Source: Nitrospira sp. (lineage in GTDB: Bacteria > Nitrospirota > Nitrospiria > Nitrospirales > Nitrospiraceae). From it: a stretch of DNA of 59,180 nucleotides. Location: NCBI GenBank assembly GCA_016873435.1, contig VGXF01000010.1:1-59180 (forward strand), read 5' to 3'. Positions 50,588 through 59,180 of the stretch are shown piece by piece; positions within the stretch are counted from its first letter, which is position 1, and the number at the start of each line of letters is the position of its first letter. Under the pieces are notes generated by a model. It saw nothing but the letters and a program-made list of their open reading frames with translations, made no database searches and was not told where the DNA came from. Made by a program: the position numbers and the translations under genes.

Positions 50588-51217
50588 ATGCCCCGCGTTG
50601 ATGTTTCCCTCTATCTCGTCACCGACCGGCATCAAACCAACGGGCGTCCGCTGGTTCCGCTCATCGAGCAGGCCGTTGCCGGCGGGCTGCGCGTCGTCCA
50701 GCTGCGCGAGCGAGACCTCGATGCGCCTGCGCTCCTCACGCTTGCACGGGACGTGCAAGTGGCGATCAAGTCAAGCAAGGCCTTGCTGTTGATCAATGAT
50801 CGCGTGGACGTGGCGCTGGCCTGCGGCGCCGCAGGTGTCCATTTGCGTTCGGACAGCCTGCCTGTGGGGGTGGCGCGAAAACTGCTGGGCGCGGCACGAA
50901 TCATCGGCGTATCGACCCATTCGGTCGACGAGGCCGTACGAGCAGAAGCCGAGGGAGCGGACTTTGTCGTAGTCGGCCCGATTTATGACACGCCGTCGAA
51001 ACGCGAGTATGGCGCGCCCCTTGGCGTGCAGTCATTGGAGGAGGCCGCACGCCGCTGCCGGATTCCGGTGTTGGCGATTGGTGGCATCACACCAGCGCGC
51101 TTGCCGGAAGTCAAACGCGCCGGCGCGAGCGGCGCAGCGGTCGTGTCATCCATTTTGTCCGCCTCCTCGATCGAAGCCGCGACCAAGCAATTCATCGCGT
51201 TGTGGGCAAGCCTCTAA
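50588..51217 (+). CDS. thiE: thiamine-phosphate synthase
   Basis: LYLVTD opening and ThiE family motifs. Confidence 0.9.
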   Translation: MPRVDVSLYLVTDRHQTNGRPLVPLIEQAVAGGLRVVQLRERDLDAPALLTLARDVQVAIKSSKALLLINDRVDVALACGAAGVHLRSDSLPVGVARKLLGAARIIGVSTHSVDEAVRAEAEGADFVVVGPIYDTPSKREYGAPLGVQSLEEAARRCRIPVLAIGGITPARLPEVKRAGASGAAVVSSILSASSIEAATKQFIALWASL

Positions 51218-51235
51218 GGCGAACCGGCGTTTCGG

Positions 51236-51264
51236 TTGACCGTCTCCGGGGTCGGTGTTAGTAT
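51236..51264 (+). promoter_or_regulatory. sigma70-like promoter upstream of the proteasome operon
   Basis: TTGACC-N17-TAGTAT. Confidence 0.35.
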
Positions 51265-51320
51265 TTTAGGGGCGTGATTTTAACAACAGTTCCACGGTGC
51301 GCGCTTGGGGAAATGATGCG

Positions 51321-53090
51321 GTGTCTGAGTGGAAGGGAAGCCCGGGCCGGCTCCATTCCCTCGGCGATTCCGTCAAGCACATCACCGAACGTCTGGTGGA
51401 CAGGAACGCAGACATGATCAAGCGCGGCGACGATGCCAACCGGGAAGTTGAGAGGTTGCGCCTTCAGATTCAAACGATGGAGGAGGAGCTACGCCAACTT
51501 CCGCACTCCCGCTACCAGCTCGATCAGGCGACCAAGCACAACGAAAAACTCGCGGCCACCCTCCAGGAAGCCAAGGCGCAGATCCAGGCGCTCCGCACGG
51601 AAGTCGAGAAACTGACCGCCCCCCCCTCGACCTATGCCATCTTTTCCCGGTTGGAAGACGACACAACGGCCACGGTCTACGTCGCGGGTCGCAAAATGAA
51701 GGTCAACGTCCACCCCTCGATCAAGGCCAAAGATCTCCGCAAGGGGCAGGAGGTCATTCTTAATGAGGCTTTCAATGTTATTGAGGCACGGGGATTCGAC
51801 GGGCAGGGCGAGGTCGTCCGCTTGAAGGATATGCTCGAGGGGGGGCGTGCGCTGGTCACGTTACATTTTGACGAGGAGAAGGTGGCGGACCTCGGCGAGC
51901 CCTTAGTGACCGAGCGGCTTAGCGTGGGCGACCACCTGCTCTACGATGTGCGCTCCGGCTACGTGATTGAGAAGCTCCCGAAATCCGAAGCCGAGGAACT
52001 GGTTCTCGAAGAGGTGCCGGATGTCAATTACGACCACATCGGCGGTCTCGCACAGGAGATCGAGCATGTGCGCGACGCGGTCGAGCTGCCGTTCCTGCAT
52101 CCGGAACTGTTTGTCGAGCATCGCCTGAGCCCGCCGAAGGGCGTGCTACTCTACGGTCCGCCCGGCTGCGGCAAGACGATGATTGCCAAGGCGGTGGCCC
52201 ATTCAATCGCCAAGCGGCTGGGCCATCTCAAGGGCAAGGAGGTCCGCAGCTTCTTCCTGCACGTCAAGGGGCCCGAGCTGCTGAACAAATATGTGGGCGA
52301 GTCTGAGCGCCAGGTCCGTGAGGTGTTTAAGAAGGCCAAGGAGAAGGCCGCCAGCGGCAACCCGGTGATCGTGTTCTTCGATGAAATGGACGCGTTGTTT
52401 CGCACGCGCGGCAGCGGCATCTCCTCCGACATCGAGTCCACCATCGTGCCGCAGTTCCTGTCCGAAATCGACGGCATGGAGCGGCTGCAGAACGTCATTG
52501 TCATCGGTGCCAGTAACCGGCAGGATCTCATCGACCCGGCGGTGCTGCGGCCGGGTCGATTGGATGTGAAGATCAAGATCTCACGTCCCGACTGCACCGC
52601 CGCGAAGGAAATTTTCGCGAAGTATGTCAGCGCAGACCTGCCGTTCTCCCACGATGAGCTGGGTCGTCACAACGGCGATCGCCGTGCACTGGTGGAGGCG
52701 TTGATTGCCTCAACGGTGGCATCCATGTACGCGACTTCTGACGAGAATAAGTTCCTCGAAGTCACCTACGCCAACGGTGAGAAGGAGACGCTCTATTTCA
52801 AAGATTTCGCCAGCGGCGCCCTGATCGAGGGTATCGCCGCGCGGGCCAAGAAATACGCAATCAAGCGCGCGATCGCGACAAACGAAAAGGGAATCAGGGC
52901 CGAGGATCTTTTGAAAGCAATCCGTGAAGAGTTCAAGGAGCACGAGGATCTGCCGAATACAACGAATCCGGATGACTGGGCCAAGATTGCTGGCAAGAAG
53001 GGCGAGAAGATCATCCATATCCGTACGGTCACGGCCGGCTCGACGGAATCCCGCCAGATCGAGACGATCACTACCGGACATTATTTCTAG
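51321..53090 (+). CDS. arc: proteasome-associated AAA ATPase (ARC/Mpa)
   Basis: N-terminal coiled coil, OB domains, AAA module GPPGCGKT, C-terminal tail. Start alternatives: GTG at 51297 or 51321, ATG at 51414. Confidence 0.9.
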   Translation: MSEWKGSPGRLHSLGDSVKHITERLVDRNADMIKRGDDANREVERLRLQIQTMEEELRQLPHSRYQLDQATKHNEKLAATLQEAKAQIQALRTEVEKLTAPPSTYAIFSRLEDDTTATVYVAGRKMKVNVHPSIKAKDLRKGQEVILNEAFNVIEARGFDGQGEVVRLKDMLEGGRALVTLHFDEEKVADLGEPLVTERLSVGDHLLYDVRSGYVIEKLPKSEAEELVLEEVPDVNYDHIGGLAQEIEHVRDAVELPFLHPELFVEHRLSPPKGVLLYGPPGCGKTMIAKAVAHSIAKRLGHLKGKEVRSFFLHVKGPELLNKYVGESERQVREVFKKAKEKAASGNPVIVFFDEMDALFRTRGSGISSDIESTIVPQFLSEIDGMERLQNVIVIGASNRQDLIDPAVLRPGRLDVKIKISRPDCTAAKEIFAKYVSADLPFSHDELGRHNGDRRALVEALIASTVASMYATSDENKFLEVTYANGEKETLYFKDFASGALIEGIAARAKKYAIKRAIATNEKGIRAEDLLKAIREEFKEHEDLPNTTNPDDWAKIAGKKGEKIIHIRTVTAGSTESRQIETITTGHYF

Positions 53091-53268
53091 GGGAGAGGAT
53101 GCTGCAAAAAGCTCCTGGCGGCGTGCTCGCATTGCTCGAAGGCTTCTACGTACGAGAAGCAGGACGGCTCGTCTTCTCGCTCGCGGCGGCCTTGCCGGAT
53201 AGACCGTCTGAGCGCCCTGCGCACAAAGCGTGAATTCATTTTGAACGGGTAACGTCGGAGGAAGTGGC

Positions 53269-54747
53269 ATGGTACGGGTTCTTGGAACCGAGACGGAATT
53301 CGGCATTGCCGCGAAGAACGTGGAATCGTTCGATCCGGTGGCGCATTCCCTCCAGTTCATCAGACATTATCCGGGCCTTCCGGCCCCGCAGGCCATCTGG
53401 GACTACGAAAATGAGAATCCACTGCTCGATGCGCGGGGATTTGAGGTCGAAGGCGAGCGCGAGCGGCCTGAACCGGAGTACAACCGGCTGTTGAATAAAC
53501 CGCTGGCTAACGGTGGAAGGCTCTACGTGGATGGAGCGCATCCGGAATATTCCACACCGGAATGTACCAACCCGCGCCAGATCGTGGCCTTCGAACGGGC
53601 CGGAGAGCGTGTCATGGGAGCCTGCCTGCATGCCATGGCCCGTGCGCGGGGCGCGGAGCAATTTCTCCTCTATAAGAACAATTCCGACGGCAAGGGCAAC
53701 AGCTACGGCTATCACGAGAACTATCTGCTTTCCCGATCGGTGCCTTTCGAGCGCATAATCCAGGTCTTGCTGCCGTTCCTCGTGACCCGCCCGATCTACG
53801 CCGGCGCTGGCAAGGTCGGCTCGGAGAACCAGACCGAGCGGGCCGACTATCAGATGTCCCAGCGCGCGGATTTCTTTGAATGCCTCGTGGACCTCAACAC
53901 GATGGTGAAGCGGCCGATCATCAACACGCGCGATGAGCCGCACGCCGACTTTCACAAATATCGCCGCCTGCACGTCATCGTTGGCGATGCCAACATGGCG
54001 GAGCTGTCCACCTATCTGAAGGTCGGCACGCTGGCGGTGGTGCTGGGGATGATCGAGGCCGGGGCGGAGTTTCCGTCCATGCAGCTCGACGACCCCGTGT
54101 GGGCGTTGAAGCAGGTCTCACGCGACCTGGAGTTGAAAGGCACGCTGAAGCGGGCCGACGGGCGGGCGACCTCCGCCCTCGAGATTCAACGCGCTTATTT
54201 AAAGGCCGCCATGGATTTTTACGCCTGCCACGAGTTGAACCAGATCACCAAGGACGTGCTGGTGCGCTGGGAGGAAGTGCTCGACAAGCTGGAGCAGGAC
54301 CCGGTGCTGCTGGTGCGCGAGCTGGACTGGGTGGCAAAGCGGGAGATGATCCGGTCGTATATGGACCGTAAGGGATGTGGATGGGACGATCCCCGCCTAG
54401 CGATGCTTGATCTCCAATACCACGACGTCCGTCCTGAGAAGGGTTTGTACTACATGCTGGAGCGCGGTAACCATATCGACCGGCTGTTGTCGGAGGGCGA
54501 GATCGAGAAGGCCGAGCAGGTGCCACCGCCGGACACGCGGGCCTATTTCCGCGGCCAGTGTCTGAAGAAATTTTCTCAGGCTATCTATGCCGCGAGCTGG
54601 ACGTCGGTGCTTTTCGACGTCGGCAATACGACGATCAAGCGGATTCCGTTGATGGATCCGCTGCGCGGGACCGAATCGCTGACCCGCGAGCTCATCGAGG
54701 AATCGGATTCGGCCGGCTCGTTGCTGGCCAAGCTGACGGCTTCATAG
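53269..54747 (+). CDS. dop: Pup deamidase/depupylase Dop
   Basis: MVRVLGTETEFG and LYVDGAHPEYSTPECT of the PafA/Dop family. 492 aa, longer than the pafA paralogue, with a Dop-type insertion. Confidence 0.85.
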   Translation: MVRVLGTETEFGIAAKNVESFDPVAHSLQFIRHYPGLPAPQAIWDYENENPLLDARGFEVEGERERPEPEYNRLLNKPLANGGRLYVDGAHPEYSTPECTNPRQIVAFERAGERVMGACLHAMARARGAEQFLLYKNNSDGKGNSYGYHENYLLSRSVPFERIIQVLLPFLVTRPIYAGAGKVGSENQTERADYQMSQRADFFECLVDLNTMVKRPIINTRDEPHADFHKYRRLHVIVGDANMAELSTYLKVGTLAVVLGMIEAGAEFPSMQLDDPVWALKQVSRDLELKGTLKRADGRATSALEIQRAYLKAAMDFYACHELNQITKDVLVRWEEVLDKLEQDPVLLVRELDWVAKREMIRSYMDRKGCGWDDPRLAMLDLQYHDVRPEKGLYYMLERGNHIDRLLSEGEIEKAEQVPPPDTRAYFRGQCLKKFSQAIYAASWTSVLFDVGNTTIKRIPLMDPLRGTESLTRELIEESDSAGSLLAKLTAS

Positions 54748-54759
54748 GGAGAGGATCGC

Positions 54760-55584
54760 GTGCCTCTGTTCAGCGATGATTACCATTCGAGTTTTTTCGA
54801 TTACCTGGCCCAGTGCCGGCCCGATCTGACGCCAGCCGGACGGGGCTGGCATGCGCCGGGTGCTTCGAACGCGTCTGCCGATGAACATCGTGGGGCGACC
54901 GTGCCGCCGGTGGCGCACGGCACGACCGTGCTGGCCATCAAATATCGCGGCGGCGTGATCATCGCCGGGGATCGCCGCGCGACGGAAGGCTTCCAGATTG
55001 CGGATCGGCGCATCGAGAAGGTGTTCAAGATCGACGAGCATTCGGCGATGGCAATCGCCGGCGCAGCCGGGCCCTGCATCGAGATGGCCAGGCTCTTCCA
55101 GACGGAGCTGGAACATTACGAAAAGCTCGAGGGTCTGCCGCTGTCGTGCGAAGGCAAGGCCAACAAGCTGGGCCAGATGGTCAAGGCCAACCTGCCGATG
55201 GTGTTTCAGGGGCTGGTCGTCTTGCCATTGTATGTTGGGTTCGACGTCAAGCGGAACGAAGGCCGGATCTTCAAATATGACGTGACGGGCGGACGGTACG
55301 AGGAATCGGACTATCACGCGATCGGGTCAGGCGGAAAGGACGCGCGCAACGCCATGCGCGAGCATTTCAAAAAGGATCTGTCTGAGGGGGATGCGCTGAA
55401 CATCGCGCTGCGGGCTCTTTACATGGCGTCCGACGAGGACGTCGGGACCGGGGGGCCGGATTTCGTGCGGGGTATCTATCCGACGGCCAAGCTGGTGGCC
55501 TCCGGAGGCATCTCCGATGTCGAGGAGCCCCGCATCCGTTCCGTGTACACCGCGTTGCTTGATGGGAAAAAAAGGGAAGGCTGA
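54760..55584 (+). CDS. prcB: 20S proteasome beta subunit (with propeptide)
   Basis: A roughly 54-aa propeptide, then G|TTVLAIKY with the active-site Thr, then GSG. GTG start with GGGAGAGGA SD. Confidence 0.9.
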   Translation: MPLFSDDYHSSFFDYLAQCRPDLTPAGRGWHAPGASNASADEHRGATVPPVAHGTTVLAIKYRGGVIIAGDRRATEGFQIADRRIEKVFKIDEHSAMAIAGAAGPCIEMARLFQTELEHYEKLEGLPLSCEGKANKLGQMVKANLPMVFQGLVVLPLYVGFDVKRNEGRIFKYDVTGGRYEESDYHAIGSGGKDARNAMREHFKKDLSEGDALNIALRALYMASDEDVGTGGPDFVRGIYPTAKLVASGGISDVEEPRIRSVYTALLDGKKREG

Positions 55585-55592
55585 CCAGGCCT

Positions 55593-55682
55593 ATGCCGTC
55601 TTACGTGTCGCCTGAACAGGTGGGGAAGAAAAGCCGGAATATTCCGGCCGCCTGTTCGTCACAAGCGGTTCGGGAGATCTGA
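55593..55682 (+). CDS. 29-codon upstream ORF mimicking the prcA N-terminus
   Basis: MPSYVSPEQV... matches MPYYVSPEQV of prcA (24 of 30 nt identical). Its TGA lies 2 nt before the prcA ATG. Confidence 0.35.
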   Translation: MPSYVSPEQVGKKSRNIPAACSSQAVREI

Positions 55683-55684
55683 CC

Positions 55685-56365
55685 ATGCCAATGCCCTATT
55701 ACGTGTCGCCCGAACAGGTGATGCAGGACAAGGCGGAATACGCCAAGAAAGGCATCGCCAAGGGCCGGTCGCTCATTGTGATGGAATATCAGGACGGGGT
55801 GCTGCTGGTGGCGGACAATCCAAGCGCGTCCCTCTATAAGATTTCAGAGGTCTACGACACGATCGCCTTCTCCGGCGCCGGTAAGTACAGCGAATTCGAA
55901 AATCTGCGCAAAGCCGGCATCCGCCACGCCGACCTCAAGGGCTTCATGTATAGCCGCGAGGACGTAACCGCGCGGGCGCTCGCCAATGCCTACTCGCAGA
56001 CACTAGGCACAGTCTTCAGCCAGGAGCTCAAGCCGCTGGAGGTGGAGCTGCTGGTCGTCCAGGTGGGTGACAACGGGAAGTCCAACGAAATCTATCGCAT
56101 TTCTTTCGACGGCAGTATCTTCGACGAGCGCGGCTATGCTGTGATCGGCGGTCGGTCTGACGCCGTGCAGATCTATCTCAAGGAGCGGTACAAACAGGCG
56201 CCGCCATTGAAGGAGGCCCTGTCCTTGTGCCTCAACGCGCTGGAAAGCGTCACTACTCAGAAGCTCCCACATGAGGGGCTCGAAATCGCCCTGCTTGCTC
56301 GCGAGCGCGTCGGGCGCAAGTTCCGTCGCCTCTCTCCCGCCGACACCACAAAACTTCTCGGCTGA
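55685..56365 (+). CDS. prcA: 20S proteasome alpha subunit
   Basis: Ntn-fold alpha family. Confidence 0.9.
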   Translation: MPMPYYVSPEQVMQDKAEYAKKGIAKGRSLIVMEYQDGVLLVADNPSASLYKISEVYDTIAFSGAGKYSEFENLRKAGIRHADLKGFMYSREDVTARALANAYSQTLGTVFSQELKPLEVELLVVQVGDNGKSNEIYRISFDGSIFDERGYAVIGGRSDAVQIYLKERYKQAPPLKEALSLCLNALESVTTQKLPHEGLEIALLARERVGRKFRRLSPADTTKLLG

Positions 56366-56443
56366 GCGCGCGCTTTGGATCGGTCGTTCTGTTGAAGAAC
56401 CCACAGGGCGGGTGTATGCTGAGACGTCGAGTTGGAGCGCCGT

Positions 56444-57820
56444 ATGAAACCGAGAATTTTCGGCCTCGAAAATGAATACGGGCTGATCTTTTCTCCCAAC
56501 GGGCGCATCTATCTCCCAATGGAGAAGGTGCTGGGCTACATCTTCGAGGGGCTGATTCCCAACAGCTGGCCTTCCAACGCCTTCCTCGTCAACGGCGCGC
56601 GGTTCTACCAGGACACCGGCTGCCATCCCGAATACTCTACCCCGGAGTGCGACAACATCCTGGACCTCGTCGTCCACGACAAGGCCGGTGAGCGTTTGCT
56701 GGAGGCCTGTCTGCCAGCGGCCGAGGAGCGGTTGCGCGAGGAAGGACTGTCCGGCGAGATCTACATCTTCAAAAACAATACAGATTCGCTGGGCAACACC
56801 TACGGCTGTCATGAGAACTATCTCATGCGACGCGACGTGGATTTCTGGAAAGTGACCGAGCAGCTGATTCCGTTTTTCGTGACGCGGCAGGTGTTTGCCG
56901 GGGCGGGGAAGGTGCTCAAGGTGTCCGGCAAGCCGCAGTATTTCGTCTCGCAACGCGCGCAGCATATCCACGAAAAGACCTCGTCGTCCACGACCTCCTC
57001 GCGCAGCATCATCAACACGCGCGACGAGCCGCATGCGGATGCCGAGCGATACCGCCGGCTGCACATCATCGTGGGCGATTCAAACATGTCCGAGTACGCG
57101 ACCTACCTTAAGGTCGGCACGGCGTCGCTGGTGCTCTCGATGGTGGAGGACGGGTTCACCGTGGCCGGGATGGAATTGGAGGATCCGGTCAAGGCCATCC
57201 GGGAAATTTCTCGTGACCCGACGCTTACAAAAAAGGTCAAGCTCGATGACGGCCGGCAGATGAGCGGCCTCGAGATCCAGCGGACCTACTGGGAGCGGGC
57301 GCACCAGTACCTGGAGGCACAGCCGCACGATCAAGTCCTGCACGACGTGCATAAAAAGTGGGGGCAGTTGCTGGAGCAACTTGATGACGATCCGTCAAAA
57401 TTATCCCGTGAGGTGGATTGGGTCAGCAAGCGCCTCCTGCTGCAGTCCTACGTCGAGAAAAAAGGCTGCAACTGGGACGACCCCAAGGTATTTTTGATGG
57501 ACCTCCAGTATCATGACGTGAAACGGACGCGCGGGTTATACTACCTGATGGAGTCGCGCGGACTAGTTGAGCGGGCGGTGGATGAGGCGGCGATCCAAAC
57601 CGCCATGTCGACCCCGCCGCAGACGACGCGGGCCAAGGTGCGCGGGGATTTCATCCGGTTCGCCCGCGCTAAAAATCGGTCCTACACGGTGGACTGGACC
57701 TATCTGAAACTCAACGGTTACTGGGAGGAGACGATCCTCTGCATGGATCCGTTCAGCTCGGTGAATCGCCGGGTGGAGGAATTGGTCTCGCAGGTGTCCG
57801 GGCCGAGGTTTTACCGATGA
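56444..57820 (+). CDS. pafA: Pup--protein ligase PafA
   Basis: FGLENEYG, NGARFYQDTGCHPEYSTPECD. About 460 aa without the Dop loop. Confidence 0.85.
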   Translation: MKPRIFGLENEYGLIFSPNGRIYLPMEKVLGYIFEGLIPNSWPSNAFLVNGARFYQDTGCHPEYSTPECDNILDLVVHDKAGERLLEACLPAAEERLREEGLSGEIYIFKNNTDSLGNTYGCHENYLMRRDVDFWKVTEQLIPFFVTRQVFAGAGKVLKVSGKPQYFVSQRAQHIHEKTSSSTTSSRSIINTRDEPHADAERYRRLHIIVGDSNMSEYATYLKVGTASLVLSMVEDGFTVAGMELEDPVKAIREISRDPTLTKKVKLDDGRQMSGLEIQRTYWERAHQYLEAQPHDQVLHDVHKKWGQLLEQLDDDPSKLSREVDWVSKRLLLQSYVEKKGCNWDDPKVFLMDLQYHDVKRTRGLYYLMESRGLVERAVDEAAIQTAMSTPPQTTRAKVRGDFIRFARAKNRSYTVDWTYLKLNGYWEETILCMDPFSSVNRRVEELVSQVSGPRFYR

Positions 57821-58728
57821 ATCATGTGTGGCGGATCAAAGCCATCGCGGGCATGATGCTGCTGGCCAGTGTGTTTCCGGTCGACCTGTTTCCCAAGACG
57901 CCGCACGAGTCGCGCGGGGCTGACGGGCAGTACAGCGGCAAGCAAGGACAGGTGCTGCTGGTGGCAATCCCGGCCGGGTCGCAGGCCGATATCACGGGGC
58001 GATTTCTGGGGCGCACCATTCCGTTTTTTCCTGCTCCGGACGGCGATCCTCAGCGGGTCCTCGGCCTGCTTGGGATCGACATGGAGGAAAAGCCAGGGAC
58101 GCATGAACTGGAAGTCGAAATCCACGAGGGCAAGACGACCCGAACGTTGAGTTACAGCGTGCTGGTCCTGAAGGAAAAGTATCCGGTTCAGCATCTGACC
58201 CTGCCCAGTGAGAAAGTCGATCTGGATGAGGCGAACCTTGTTCGGGTGAAGAACGAGCAGGAGCAGATTCGGAGCGTGTTACACGGGATGACGGGCGAGC
58301 GCTATTGGACCAGCTCCTTCGTCGAGCCGGTGCAAGGCGACATTGCCGGTGCCTTTGGGCGGACACGGATCATCAACGGTCAGGCACGCAGTCCGCATAA
58401 CGGCGAAGACATCGCGGCACCGCTTGGGACGCCGGTGGTCGCCATGAACGACGGGATCGCGCGGCTCACCGTGGATCACTTTTTCTCTGGAAAAGGCGTG
58501 TTCATTGACCATGGGCTTGGGCTGTACACCATGTATTTTCACCTGTCGGAAGTGCTGGTGAAGGACGGGGAGCCCGTGAAGCAGGGGCAATCGATCGGGA
58601 AGGTCGGGGCCACGGGACGCGCCACGGGTCCGCACTTGCATCTGGGCGTCCGTCTCAACGGTGCCCGGGTCAATCCCTATGCGCTCGTCAAATTGCCGCT
58701 GGACAGCACGTTACAGGTCTTGAAATAA
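57817..58728 (+). CDS. secreted M23 family metallopeptidase
   Basis: Signal/anchor and LytM motifs (HNGEDIAAPLGTPV, HLHLGV). ATGA overlap with pafA. Confidence 0.8.
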   Translation: MNHVWRIKAIAGMMLLASVFPVDLFPKTPHESRGADGQYSGKQGQVLLVAIPAGSQADITGRFLGRTIPFFPAPDGDPQRVLGLLGIDMEEKPGTHELEVEIHEGKTTRTLSYSVLVLKEKYPVQHLTLPSEKVDLDEANLVRVKNEQEQIRSVLHGMTGERYWTSSFVEPVQGDIAGAFGRTRIINGQARSPHNGEDIAAPLGTPVVAMNDGIARLTVDHFFSGKGVFIDHGLGLYTMYFHLSEVLVKDGEPVKQGQSIGKVGATGRATGPHLHLGVRLNGARVNPYALVKLPLDSTLQVLK

Positions 58729-58753
58729 TACTGCATCGATGGACAGTGAACGC

Positions 58754-59180
58754 ATGATGGGTGCGCACATCAGGGTCCCCGGTCTTGGCTTCTGTGTGCT
58801 GGCGTTAGCCGGCAGCATGGTGGCGTGCGGCGGTGTCATTCCAGATCAGTATCTCAAACAGGCCGAACCGGGCATCACACTGACGACGTTGTCGAAAAAA
58901 CGCGCTGACTTCCAGGGCAAGGTCGTGATTCTTGGCGGAGTGATCGTGGACCAAAAAGCCGGGGACAACCGGGTATGGTTGCGCGTGAAGAACCGTCCGC
59001 TGGACGATGACTATGTGCCGCACATTCCCGTCACCAGGGAGGGGCCAGAGGCCGGCCTCTACTGGGTTATGGTTTGGAAACGGGATCTACCGAAAGACTA
59101 CGAGCAGTGGGCACGGGTCACGGTCGTCGGGCGTGTTCTGAGCGGGCAAGACGCCGGGGAGAAGGAAGCGGTCGGCGAAG
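58754..59180 (+). CDS. Slp-family outer-membrane lipoprotein (3'-truncated by window end)
   Basis: Lipobox MVAC. GKVVILGGVIVDQK and LYWVMVW resemble Slp/YeaY. Confidence 0.55.
   Translation, partial: MMGAHIRVPGLGFCVLALAGSMVACGGVIPDQYLKQAEPGITLTTLSKKRADFQGKVVILGGVIVDQKAGDNRVWLRVKNRPLDDDYVPHIPVTREGPEAGLYWVMVWKRDLPKDYEQWARVTVVGRVLSGQDAGEKEAVGE

Noticed and set aside
53099-53233. 44-codon ORF (MLQKAPGG...) between arc and dop as a candidate pup
   Set aside because: No acidic disordered N-terminus, no C-terminal helix or GGQ/GGE end. It ends PAHKA.

Overview
This 59-kb window is a high-GC (about 60%) bacterial chromosomal segment of ordinary core-genome character with a few atypical spots. I see about 65 protein genes and two tRNAs, tRNA-Pro(CGG) on + and tRNA-Arg(CCT) on -. 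I found no rRNA, CRISPR array, transposase or integrase. Recognisable blocks, in order: (1) stress and redox genes (YqeY, MFS, glutathione peroxidase, HtpX, cupredoxin, squalene/phytoene-synthase-like, two ferredoxins, ald). (2) acyP, apt, a DksA/TraR-like protein, queC, cytochrome c, SPFH, DUF72. (3) malQ, then a sensor kinase with a sigma54 NtrC-type regulator. (4) A GldG-type ABC export operon (ATPase, ABC-2 permease, GldG, DUF4340) next to tRNA-Arg and a 490-bp AT-rich non-coding island. (5) glgB, rlpA, and a convergent pair of HEAT-repeat proteins joined to glgP and an unknown 277-aa protein by start/stop overlaps. (6) uvrD-like helicase, then ffh-rpsP-rimM-trmD-rplS-rnhB, then ftsE-ftsX-envC-like-ctpA. 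(7) thiS-thiG-thiE immediately followed by a complete Pup-proteasome module, arc(mpa)-dop-prcB-prcA-pafA. The features I consider most worth follow-up are listed next. The proteasome locus has no pup gene in the canonical dop-prcB slot (12-nt gap), and I found no Pup-like ORF anywhere in the window. pafA is ATGA-coupled to a secreted M23 peptidase and an Slp-type lipoprotein. A 29-codon upstream ORF ahead of prcA repeats the first 10 codons of prcA. Protein calls rest on motif-level recognition from the translations; I ran no database search. Coordinates of non-ORF features carry about +/-2 nt uncertainty. Lineage (Nitrospira-like, or another non-actinobacterial Pup-proteasome carrier) is inference only.
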